Source: a virus
DNA: 64,000 nucleotides
Strand: one strand, 5' to 3'
IMG/VR virus record: IMGVR_UViG_3300025914_000010
Location: 14,661-78,660 of that record
In this document: in pieces, positions 49,133 to 57,122 of the stretch
Numbering within the stretch: position 1 is the stretch's first letter
Layout: the number at the start of each line of letters is the position of its first letter
Notes under the pieces: generated by a model
The model's database searches: none
Seen by the model: the letters and a program-made list of their open reading frames with translations, nothing else
What the model was told of the DNA's origin: nothing
Position numbers and translations under genes: made by a program

Positions 49133-50589
49133 GAACGATACAAGGCTCCTATACTCGACTGTATCTCTTGCAGCAAATTCGCTTCGTGCGCCTTCCCCGT
49201 CCCGTTCCCATTAGTCGCCGCCGCAGGAGCGGGAACTGCCGCCATCGGCTTCGGTTCAGCGGGCACGGGCGGCTCGGGCAGAAACGACTGCAGGTACTCT
49301 TCGACATCCGTCTTCTGCTGGTCGGTCATGGCGTCGTAGCCCATCTCCTCGCGGCCTTCGTCGCGAGTGATAGTGCCCTCCTTCACAGCCTTGATGATAC
49401 GGTCCCATTCCTCGCGCTTCTGGTCTTCGAGTGCGCGCACTTCGCTGTGGTCAAACCCAGCGAACAGCGTGAGCGGCGGCACGTTGTAGTTCTTCGGCTC
49501 CCAGAGCACCTGCTTGGTGAGCTGCCGCCCCATCATGCGCTGCACAGCCACCAGCGTGTTCCACGAGGCGGCGTTCGCAGCCTTCTGGTTCTGGAAGGTG
49601 ACGTGATCGGCCGCGTCTCCTAGCCCGAGGCTATCGACCGAGATCCCCGCGAGCGCGCAGATACGATTGACGGGGATGCCGCGCAGAGCGTCGATCTCCA
49701 TGTCCTTCATCGGACCCGGACTATCGACCTTGACGGCCCCGGTCAGCACGACGACGCGCCCGCGATTATCGCCCGTCGTCCGCGCCTCGATCAAATCCCT
49801 CACCGTCTCCGGCTCGTCGATCTCCCCATCAGCCGCGGAAGGCGAGACGATCATCCACGCAGTGCCCCGGTTTCGGAGTGTCGTCGCCGTATAGTTACAC
49901 GCTTCGTTATCGGTGTAGACTTCCCGGCTGACGCTGTTCCACGGCGACATGCCGAGCAGGTCGTTGTACGGATCGACGCCGAACCGGAAATGCACGATGT
50001 CGGACGGGTCTACTTCGATCGGCCCGGTCGTCGTCCACATGCGATAGTAGTCTGGCCCCCGGCTCTTGCTGTCGGGGTGCCTGTACGGGCTGATCGCCCA
50101 GTGCGGGATGTAGTCGAACTGCGCGACGCGCCCGCCTCGATCTCGAATAATCTGCCAGTACGCGTTCCCTTCGCACCAGAAACTGATGACGGTGCCGCCC
50201 CAGAGGGTCGTGTCGTCGTCGAAGTCGTTCGGGTTCATCAGGATGCGCGTGAGCGGATGGTCCGCGACGACGAGCTTCTTCCCGCCATCACCCGGCTTCT
50301 TGACGCACGGGTAACTCTCCGGCCATGCTCGGATGATCCAGTTTAAGACGGCCTGCGCTGCACTGTTCGCCCAATACGGCCCCGCGAGCCGTCCGTAGTT
50401 GACGGCGGTCCCTGGGCTGATGTCGTAGAGTTGGTTGCCGCTGCTGTAGAGATTTCCGCTAAGGTTGCTGTTGACCCACGAACCCTGATCGAAGACCATC
50501 TTCTGGTCAGCATGGACTTTCGGCCAGAACCCCGGCAGGTCATCCTGTTTCGCTATGGCAACCTTCGTTTTGACTAGTTCTTGTGCCAT
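49129..50589 (-). CDS. Portal protein
   Basis: HPL..IL.NPN, GNAYW, IVHFR, GMSP, TRDEGREEMGY. Confidence 0.93.
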   Translation of the reverse strand: MAQELVKTKVAIAKQDDLPGFWPKVHADQKMVFDQGSWVNSNLSGNLYSSGNQLYDISPGTAVNYGRLAGPYWANSAAQAVLNWIIRAWPESYPCVKKPGDGGKKLVVADHPLTRILMNPNDFDDDTTLWGGTVISFWCEGNAYWQIIRDRGGRVAQFDYIPHWAISPYRHPDSKSRGPDYYRMWTTTGPIEVDPSDIVHFRFGVDPYNDLLGMSPWNSVSREVYTDNEACNYTATTLRNRGTAWMIVSPSAADGEIDEPETVRDLIEARTTGDNRGRVVVLTGAVKVDSPGPMKDMEIDALRGIPVNRICALAGISVDSLGLGDAADHVTFQNQKAANAASWNTLVAVQRMMGRQLTKQVLWEPKNYNVPPLTLFAGFDHSEVRALEDQKREEWDRIIKAVKEGTITRDEGREEMGYDAMTDQQKTDVEEYLQSFLPEPPVPAEPKPMAAVPAPAAATNGNGTGKAHEANLLQEIQSSIGALYRS

Positions 50590-50598
50590 AGGGTGTTC

Positions 50599-52176
50599 TT
50601 ATGCCGCCCGTATTCGTTTCTTCGCTAGTCCGCGCACATACGCACAGGCGTAGCGGCAGGCGTCCATCCCGTGATCGAATTCTTTGACGGGTTCTTCCTT
50701 ATTGGGTTTTCCGCTTTGATCCTTGGCCCATACGTAGAACGTAAACTCTTCCGCTGTCCGCGTCGGCTTCTTCTTTTCCGCCAGGTCCGCATCCGGCATC
50801 TTAAGCGGAAACGTCAGTTTCGCCGCATCGAGCGCACCGCGCAGAATCATCAGCCGAGGCCGACCATCGCCTGCTACCTTCAGACTATCCTGAACCGCCT
50901 GGATGCCGGGGCTAACCTTCTTCCACGCCGGAATGCTCCGAATACCTTCTGCGGCCAGCGTCGCGCGATCTTCCGCGTCGTGGTCGCAGATCGTACACTC
51001 GATTTTTTCATCCACACTCAGGTTTCGGATATCGCGGGCTATCTCGCTCACAAGGACGTGCGACAAGTAGATTTCACGGTACAGGTACATCCTGCCGTCA
51101 GGATCTATCGCCCACCACTGACAGACGAAGGGGTTCTCGTACCCGAAGTCGATGACTCTAATTCGTCGCCAATCCTTCGGAATCTTAAAGTCTGGCACGG
51201 TATGGGTTTTGTAGTCGAAGGTGTCGTAAACAACACCTTCTGCTTGGACCCACTTACCCAAGAAAAGCCGATCGCGTCGCAGTCCGGTCAAATTGCCGAG
51301 GATTTCGAGCGAGCGTCGCCCCTGATCTGTCCATCGCCCTATTCGCCCGTTGTAAGCCCGATCGGGCCATTCTTCGCACTGTTCCGCCACGTCGTCCGGC
51401 GCGAAATCGAACAGCGTTGGGTTATCTTCGTGCCTGCTCTCAAGCAGCCTGATATGAGGGCTGGTAACGATCCAGTGTGACGGAGGACCGGGGTTTGCGT
51501 CCACGATCACCTGCGTGTACGGCATCACGGCGCCGCGTCCGGTAGCGCGCGTCGTGATGGTCTCGATGTGATCTAAGCCTAACTCCTCCGCCTGGTTGAT
51601 GTAATATCCGTCGCGTTCACCCGACAGTACTTTCGCGAGATTATCGAGGCCACCAACCCATAATCGGCTCCCGTTCGGGTAGTCAAACCATTCTGGCTTC
51701 TCGCCACCGTACGCCTTAATCTTGCTGTTCTCGCCAACAATGCGCTTGTACGTCAGCAGGCAGGTTGCGATACACGAACTGTACGTAAGCCTGAGCATTA
51801 CCCACTGCGCGCCGGGATACTTCCACAGAAGTGCGTTGACCTTCTTGAGCGCACCGTACGTTTTGCCTGTCTCCGACGGTCCTGCGAGCGCGACCAGGAA
51901 GTCGCGGCTGTGCCACAGTTCCCGCGCTCCACCGCGAAGCGAGGATATGTCGAACGCGTCCCTCGGGTTGTCCTTCGGGTCCCACGGCTTCACGTCCGGC
52001 GGCAGAGCGCCTTTACGCTGCAACTCCTCGCGGATCATCTTTTCGAGCGCCGGTGACATCGGCTTCTTGTTCGTGCCGTTCACCACGCTCTGCAGCTCGC
52101 GCTCGGCCTTCTTCCGCTCTTGCCGTTCTTTGAGTTCAGGCAACGGAACGCCGCCGCCCATGCTTTGACCCGCCAA
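50599..52176 (-). CDS. terL: Terminase large subunit
   Basis: GPSETGKT Walker A, NPGPP.HW, DNP, IDFGY.NPF, DHGMDA.RY. Confidence 0.95.
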   Translation of the reverse strand: MAGQSMGGGVPLPELKERQERKKAERELQSVVNGTNKKPMSPALEKMIREELQRKGALPPDVKPWDPKDNPRDAFDISSLRGGARELWHSRDFLVALAGPSETGKTYGALKKVNALLWKYPGAQWVMLRLTYSSCIATCLLTYKRIVGENSKIKAYGGEKPEWFDYPNGSRLWVGGLDNLAKVLSGERDGYYINQAEELGLDHIETITTRATGRGAVMPYTQVIVDANPGPPSHWIVTSPHIRLLESRHEDNPTLFDFAPDDVAEQCEEWPDRAYNGRIGRWTDQGRRSLEILGNLTGLRRDRLFLGKWVQAEGVVYDTFDYKTHTVPDFKIPKDWRRIRVIDFGYENPFVCQWWAIDPDGRMYLYREIYLSHVLVSEIARDIRNLSVDEKIECTICDHDAEDRATLAAEGIRSIPAWKKVSPGIQAVQDSLKVAGDGRPRLMILRGALDAAKLTFPLKMPDADLAEKKKPTRTAEEFTFYVWAKDQSGKPNKEEPVKEFDHGMDACRYACAYVRGLAKKRIRAA

Positions 52177-52178
52177 CG

Positions 52179-52691
52179 TTACAGCCTCACGACATCCGTG
52201 TGCGTAATCAATCGCTCGAACTCTTCCATGCTGATCTCTTCTGCGCTTTCCACGTAGATTATCTGGCGCTGCCTTCGGCCACGTCTAATGCGTTCCCAAC
52301 CTTCTCGTTTCAGGTAGTACCACAGGAAATACCAGCGTTGCAGACGCGTGACGTTGTGAACGGTCGCCTCACGAGTTGACTTCAGGCGCAGGAAAGTCTG
52401 CCAGCGGCGGTCGTGGGCGATCATGCCGCTTTTCCTGGACGCAATCCAGATGCGACAAATTTTTTCATAAGCGATTTGAAATGCTATCAAAGGGTTCTTA
52501 TGCCAAGCATCGCAGCGAGGTATACCGCCGTCATCGTAATCAACAAGTTCCCCGTTTTCATCTTCAGGACAAGGCAGGTTGATACTACAATAGCACTCGT
52601 TTGTATCAGCATCCCCGGAGTGACTAAACGCTACTTCAATGCCCTCCTGAAGCAATTCGCACCAGATAGACAACATCTTATCTGCGCTCAT
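52179..52691 (-). CDS. Hypothetical protein
   Basis: GAGG RBS; operon position. Confidence 0.5.
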   Translation of the reverse strand: MSADKMLSIWCELLQEGIEVAFSHSGDADTNECYCSINLPCPEDENGELVDYDDGGIPRCDAWHKNPLIAFQIAYEKICRIWIASRKSGMIAHDRRWQTFLRLKSTREATVHNVTRLQRWYFLWYYLKREGWERIRRGRRQRQIIYVESAEEISMEEFERLITHTDVVRL

Positions 52692-52996
52692 CGCTGCACC
52701 TCGCGATACTCCAAACACTTGCGACAATAGAACACATCCGCACTACCACAACTCGACATGATCGTTGGAACACACGTGCCGGGCGGTGTCGGTATATCAG
52801 CGTAAATCGGTCTTTGCCGCAGAAACACGAAATCGTGCTCACACGGCTTCGTCGGCTGCTGGCCGATCGGAATGCCGTCGGGCACGGAACCGCCGCGAGC
52901 GACTTCCATTTGCCGTAATTCGCGTTCTACATCTGAAGCAGTGCGGACAGGACGCCCGCTGCCAGACTGGTTGCCGTAAGCGTCCATGTACGTCAT
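52688..52996 (-). CDS. Hypothetical Zn-binding protein
   Basis: CEHDF..FYCRKC. Confidence 0.55.
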   Translation of the reverse strand: MTYMDAYGNQSGSGRPVRTASDVERELRQMEVARGGSVPDGIPIGQQPTKPCEHDFVFLRQRPIYADIPTPPGTCVPTIMSSCGSADVFYCRKCLEYREVQR

Positions 52997-53108
52997 TCCA
53001 CTTCTTCCTCAAACAACTCCGGCGACGAAGCGACCGCAACAACCTCGCCCGTCACCTCGCACATGTGCAGGCCGTTCTCGTCGGCAGTCTCGTGGCATAA
53101 TCGACAGA

Positions 53109-53678
53109 TCATTCGGTCACCGCCACAATCCGATACCCACTCGGTATCCGCATCATTACGTGTTTGTCGCCCGAACCAACACCCTCAACCGTTTCGGCGT
53201 CCACAAGGCGGGTCATCAAATAGAACGGCAAATCGCCACTGCCAGAACAAGCCTCTTCCTTCGGGTTCTCGACATACCACGTCCACGAATGCTTGTCCGA
53301 TCGATCGCCCGGCTCCCACTTATGAGCCACCCAACCGTACTGCCGCATTCGCTTCAAATACTTGCTTAACTGCTCGCTTCCCATTCGCGCCGACAGCATC
53401 GCCATGAACTGCTTAAGTTCCCGCCGATGGTCGTCGTCGTGTAGCACGTTCCATAAATCGCCCGTCTTGAACCGGCACCGCAACATCACGGTACGCTCAA
53501 CCGTCAACAAGCGACCGAATGCCAAATAGAACTCTTCCGCCGACATCTCACCCGTCACGTCAACCGCAAACTCTGTGTCGTGGACCGGTAGACCCGCCAG
53601 CACTTCCGCAATCGCTTGTTTGACACCCGTGCGGGACTTCGGTATACTTCTCGTAGAATTGGATGCGTCAGGAGCCAT
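53109..53678 (-). CDS. Hypothetical protein
   Basis: AAGGA RBS. Confidence 0.55.
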   Translation of the reverse strand: MAPDASNSTRSIPKSRTGVKQAIAEVLAGLPVHDTEFAVDVTGEMSAEEFYLAFGRLLTVERTVMLRCRFKTGDLWNVLHDDDHRRELKQFMAMLSARMGSEQLSKYLKRMRQYGWVAHKWEPGDRSDKHSWTWYVENPKEEACSGSGDLPFYLMTRLVDAETVEGVGSGDKHVMMRIPSGYRIVAVTE

Positions 53679-53700
53679 CTGATGTGTCCTTTCAATGACA

Positions 53701-53729
53701 AAAACCACACTCGGCGAAAGTGTGGTTTT
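53701..53729. terminator. Bidirectional terminator-like hairpin
   Basis: AAAACCACACT-CGGCGAA-AGTGTGGTTTT. Confidence 0.65.
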
Positions 53730-54067
53730 TGTGCGTTTTCTGATCTCAAAGCGTCTCGGAAAAAGACGCCTCGCAAACGTCTCGGCATTCTCTTTCTGTA
53801 TTATGCCGAGACACTGGTGTTAATCGCACGCAATCGCAAGACCGAACTTTCAGAATTTTTGTTTTTTGTAAAGCCAGATATATCGCGACAGGGGGGAGGG
53901 GTGCGAGAAATTTCGCACTTTTCCTCGCCAACCGTCTACCTTTTGGTACGCGCGTGCACTTGCTCAATCGTCTACCTGCTTACGCGGAGCCGTACGCGTC
54001 TACCTGTTTGAACTCAACATATAGGTAGACTGCATTCTTCCGAACAGTTATTATCGGACGCTGCCTC

Positions 54068-54535
54068 TCACAATATATCGAACGCGTCCTCGATCGCAGG
54101 TTGGTCGGCAGCCGCGAATGCCTCTTGCTGGCTCTGTAGCAGGCGCAGGAGCGTTTCCGCGTCGATCTTGCGTACATCGAGGGTGTCGCCGTAGTCTGCG
54201 CGTCTGCGGCGCTTGAGCCACTCTATCGCGGGTTTCCAGTCACCCTTCGCCTCTGCTTGAGTAGCAGAGGCGAACACGCTCTCGGTAAGAGCAACCTCAG
54301 CTTCACCTTCCGCGCGCGCAACCCTATCGGAAAAGTCTTCTCTCTTCTCCAGCCAGTCGTAGAAGGTATCGGGGTTAATGCCTGCTTCGAGGGCTGCGCC
54401 TAAGCGTGTAGCACCACGTGCGAGCGTGTTACAGATTCGGGTTGCGATCCATTCATCGTACTTCGTTGGCCGCCCCATCTTGGGGCGTGGGGCTGGTTGC
54501 TGGCTATGATCGTAGACTACTAACGCTGTTCCCAT
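54068..54535 (-). CDS. terS: Terminase small subunit
   Basis: GRPTKY..IC..L..G...AA..AGI...TFY.W HTH; DWK.A..WL.RR. Confidence 0.8.
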   Translation of the reverse strand: MGTALVVYDHSQQPAPRPKMGRPTKYDEWIATRICNTLARGATRLGAALEAGINPDTFYDWLEKREDFSDRVARAEGEAEVALTESVFASATQAEAKGDWKPAIEWLKRRRRADYGDTLDVRKIDAETLLRLLQSQQEAFAAADQPAIEDAFDIL

Positions 54536-54565
54536 TTGACAAACCTAACGCTAACATGTTATAGT
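54536..54565 (+). promoter_or_regulatory. Sigma70-type promoter
   Basis: TTGACA-18 bp-TATAGT with TG extension. Confidence 0.8.
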
Positions 54566-54598
54566 AACGCTATCGCACTACGAGAGGAGGAGATAGCA

Positions 54599-54805
54599 TT
54601 GAATGACACTGAAGCAGCGAAACACCTTGGCAGCATCAAGACACCTAAGAAGTCGGCCAGCAGCGCCAGGAACGGCGCTCTCGGCGGCCGTCCACTCATA
54701 CCGCTAGAGCAGATACCGTGCACGTGCGGATCGATCGACGGCGAGCATAAATGGACGTGCACGCGCAAGCGGACCGAATATCAGCGCGAGCGCCGAAACA
54801 AGTGA
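54599..54805 (+). CDS. Small DNA-binding protein (NGxxGGRP motif plus Cys/His cluster)
   Basis: LGSIKT.KK..SSARNGALGGRP..CTCG...H...C; GAGGAGG RBS with TTG start. Confidence 0.65.
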   Translation: MNDTEAAKHLGSIKTPKKSASSARNGALGGRPLIPLEQIPCTCGSIDGEHKWTCTRKRTEYQRERRNK

Positions 54806-54861
54806 TTTGAGATCATAAATGGACTTCTTGAAAAAAAGTCCATTTATTTTTGCCTTACCTC

Positions 54862-54890
54862 TTGACAAACCTAGCGATAGGTTGTATAAT
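54862..54890 (+). promoter_or_regulatory. Consensus sigma70 promoter with palindromic spacer
   Basis: TTGACA-17 bp-TATAAT; the spacer holds AACCTA-GCGA-TAGGTT. Confidence 0.92.
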
Positions 54891-54926
54891 GGTAACTGTA
54901 AGAACGAAACGAGAGAGGACGAACCA

Positions 54927-55052
54927 ATGACATTCAGGCTAATCGGTTTCACCGGCAAGGTGCTAGAAATCCGAACGATGACAGAACTGGAAGTAAGAAT
55001 TGCGAACCGCCGTTTAGAGATCGATGGATCGTCATTGCGGTGGACGCTGTAA
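54927..55052 (+). CDS. 41-aa hypothetical protein
   Basis: GAGGA RBS; first ORF of the early transcript. Confidence 0.55.
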   Translation: MTFRLIGFTGKVLEIRTMTELEVRIANRRLEIDGSSLRWTL

Positions 55053-55053
55053 G

Positions 55054-55102
55054 ACTTCCCTGACGAGCCGGTAGCGGCGAAACCTCTTCGGAGGTCGGAA
55101 GT
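55054..55102 (+). ncRNA. Hammerhead ribozyme, type I
   Basis: Stem I ACTTCC/GGAAGT, core CTGACGA, stem II GCCG-GTAG-CGGC, GAAA, stem III CCTC-TTCG-GAGG, GUC cleavage triplet (cut after 55096). Confidence 0.93.
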
Positions 55103-55192
55103 GACACAACCCAATAGCAGAAACGCGAACATACAGAGACATTCGGAACGGTTAGCGCCTCTACCTGTTACCAAGCAGGAAAAGCCGGATGT

Positions 55193-55254
55193 AGTTTCCT
55201 CTACCGATCGAATTCAATTCGGTACTGACGAGCCGGGAACGGCGAAAGGAAACT
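55193..55254 (+). ncRNA. Hammerhead ribozyme, type III
   Basis: Stem III AGTTTCC/GGAAACT, CUC triplet (cut after 55201), stem I TACCGA/TCGGTA, CTGACGA, stem II GCCG-GGAA-CGGC, GAAA. Confidence 0.93.
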
Positions 55255-55259
55255 GAGCA

Positions 55260-55475
55260 ATGACAATCTTTACCTACGACGGCCACGAACCGCACGCATC
55301 GCATGGCGGATGGGCTAACTACCTCGCGACGTGTTCAGTGCGCAAGGCGTCGAACCTGGCGATTTGGTACAGCGTTGCCAATTGCCACTACATCCTATTG
55401 CCGACCGGCCTGCTCGTGGAACTCTTCGGATACCACGCTCACGCAATGTGGGACCGCATACACGGAGAATGCTAG
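55260..55475 (+). CDS. Hypothetical early protein
   Basis: AAGGA RBS overlaps hammerhead stem III. Confidence 0.6.
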   Translation: MTIFTYDGHEPHASHGGWANYLATCSVRKASNLAIWYSVANCHYILLPTGLLVELFGYHAHAMWDRIHGEC

Positions 55476-55577
55476 ACGCTCCCCACTAGCAGACAGAGGA
55501 TGGTTGCAGGTTCGCTGCCGGGCAGACGCTGGCGCAGTACGTACGCGCAAAGTGCGGGCTAAATTAGTCAACAAAAC

Positions 55578-55689
55578 GGGGCGCGCCGCTGGAACCGGCC
55601 GCCCCGGGTACCCTCTGGGTGCCGCCAGGAGACAGCGGGCATCCACGACTGTACCCCGGCGAGAAGGCCGGGAGAAGGAGACGAAAATG
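55578..55689 (+). repeat. Leader repeat A, copy 1 (others at 60155-60252 and 63572-63673; partial at 62380-62399)
   Basis: About 100-bp three-hairpin element ending GAGAAGGAGAC..AAATG. Confidence 0.92.
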
Positions 55690-55908
55690 ATTGTAAAAGT
55701 GACGCATTCCTGCGGTCACACCGCAGAACTTTATCGCAACCTCTCGTCCATTGCCGCGCAAAACGGCGTGGACGAAAACCGGGCGGCGGCAATCGCCCAC
55801 GAGCAAATCGACCGAGCGGCGCAGGATGTTTGCTCGGCTTGTTTCGAGGCTGAGTATGGCCCCTATTGCCATTGCGACGAGTGCGGGACTGACAGCCAAC
55901 AGAGTTAA
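55687..55908 (+). CDS. Hypothetical Cys-rich protein
   Basis: Starts at the ATG of repeat A; HSCGH..CSAC. Confidence 0.65.
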   Translation: MIVKVTHSCGHTAELYRNLSSIAAQNGVDENRAAAIAHEQIDRAAQDVCSACFEAEYGPYCHCDECGTDSQQS

Positions 55909-56215
55909 CAACCTAGGCATGACTCGCATCCAAGAACCCTAATCACCTGTTCGCGTACAGTCGCAACCTAACGACGGTCGCGTATCGGCCACTGCATGAA
56001 TGCTGCGAGTTGTGGACGCCCTACGCGGCCGTTGGAACGGACGGCAAATGGTATTCCGTCCATATGATCCTGAACGTGAACGGCGAGCCGCTTTTCAAAC
56101 AGGAAGATTGGATTGCAGTTTGATCGTTTCTACCCGCCGTCAGAGAATGACCCTCCGCTCGCTGCGGAACGGCGGTGTATCACCTTGGGCGATTATCACG
56201 AAAGGATTTGAGACA

Positions 56216-56434
56216 ATGGAAACCATCGGCTACGGCGTCTACGCCAACGAAGTCATTAACTGCCTGGTCGGTCTGCCATGTACTACCTGCTACCAGACCA
56301 CGGTAACGGACTATCGAGCAACAATCTACCGCGAGCGCGAGGGTGAAACGATTTACTACCTCTGCGAGAAATCGGGTTTCACCACGTACTCTGCCGCAGA
56401 AAAATGGGCGATCGATTACCTCAACAAGCACTGA
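56216..56434 (+). CDS. Hypothetical protein
   Basis: AAAGGA RBS. Confidence 0.55.
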   Translation: METIGYGVYANEVINCLVGLPCTTCYQTTVTDYRATIYREREGETIYYLCEKSGFTTYSAAEKWAIDYLNKH

Positions 56435-56538
56435 GAGTCACCCGCACGAAGCTAACGACTTCCCGCCGTGTTCGCGACCGGCTGCGGGTTTTATCCTGGT
56501 ATCGCACATCACATCACACACAATGAGAGGAACCTGCA

Positions 56539-56838
56539 ATGAGCATGAAACTGGTTACGCGCTTCTACAGAGACCGATTTTATGTCGGCGTGAAGGAAAG
56601 CACGAAGGACTGCTGCGGTAATTGGACCGATCGTCGCGAAGTCGTGACCTTCACCGGCAAACCCTACAATCAGTTCGAATTCGACGCTATCTACGAATTC
56701 ACCGGGCCGAAACAGTTAGAGCACCTGCTGCCCGATACCGCATGGAGATCGGTTCAGCGCGTCGTTCCTGAGCCTCTAGCAGACATTCTAGGACGCGGCG
56801 AACACGCTATCTCGTGCAGTTCTGCACTCTGGGAATAG
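56539..56838 (+). CDS. Hypothetical protein
   Basis: GAGG RBS. Confidence 0.6.
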   Translation: MSMKLVTRFYRDRFYVGVKESTKDCCGNWTDRREVVTFTGKPYNQFEFDAIYEFTGPKQLEHLLPDTAWRSVQRVVPEPLADILGRGEHAISCSSALWE

Positions 56839-57064
56839 CCACACAAAGACAAGCGGCCGGGTAAGAACCTGGCAGTTCCCCGGCCGCATACGTCCCCTCA
56901 TGGTCACGAAAAGACACAGTTAAGATTATGGCACGCACTCAACAACCAGTCAGTACGCCCACGACAGGCCCCGGAACCAAGCGCCGACCGCCTGAAATAC
57001 AATCGGACATTCGCGCGAACCTAAAAAATCTGCAAAAATTTATCCCAAATCCCCGGATACCTGC

Positions 57065-57097
57065 TTGACAATTATAATACTATTGCGGTATTATAAT
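57065..57097 (+). promoter_or_regulatory. Sigma70 promoter overlapped by a perfect 10-bp inverted repeat (operator)
   Basis: TTGACA followed by ATTATAATAC-N7-GTATTATAAT. Confidence 0.85.
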
Positions 57098-57122
57098 AAT
57101 ACCAAACGAGGAGGAGTTAGCA

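Noticed and set aside
55476-55577. c-di-GMP-I riboswitch or HDV/pistol-like ribozyme (GGCAGAC..CGCAAAG..GGGCTAA)
   Set aside because: I could not build the required GNRA-capped P2 or the nested pseudoknots; the resemblance is limited to short words.
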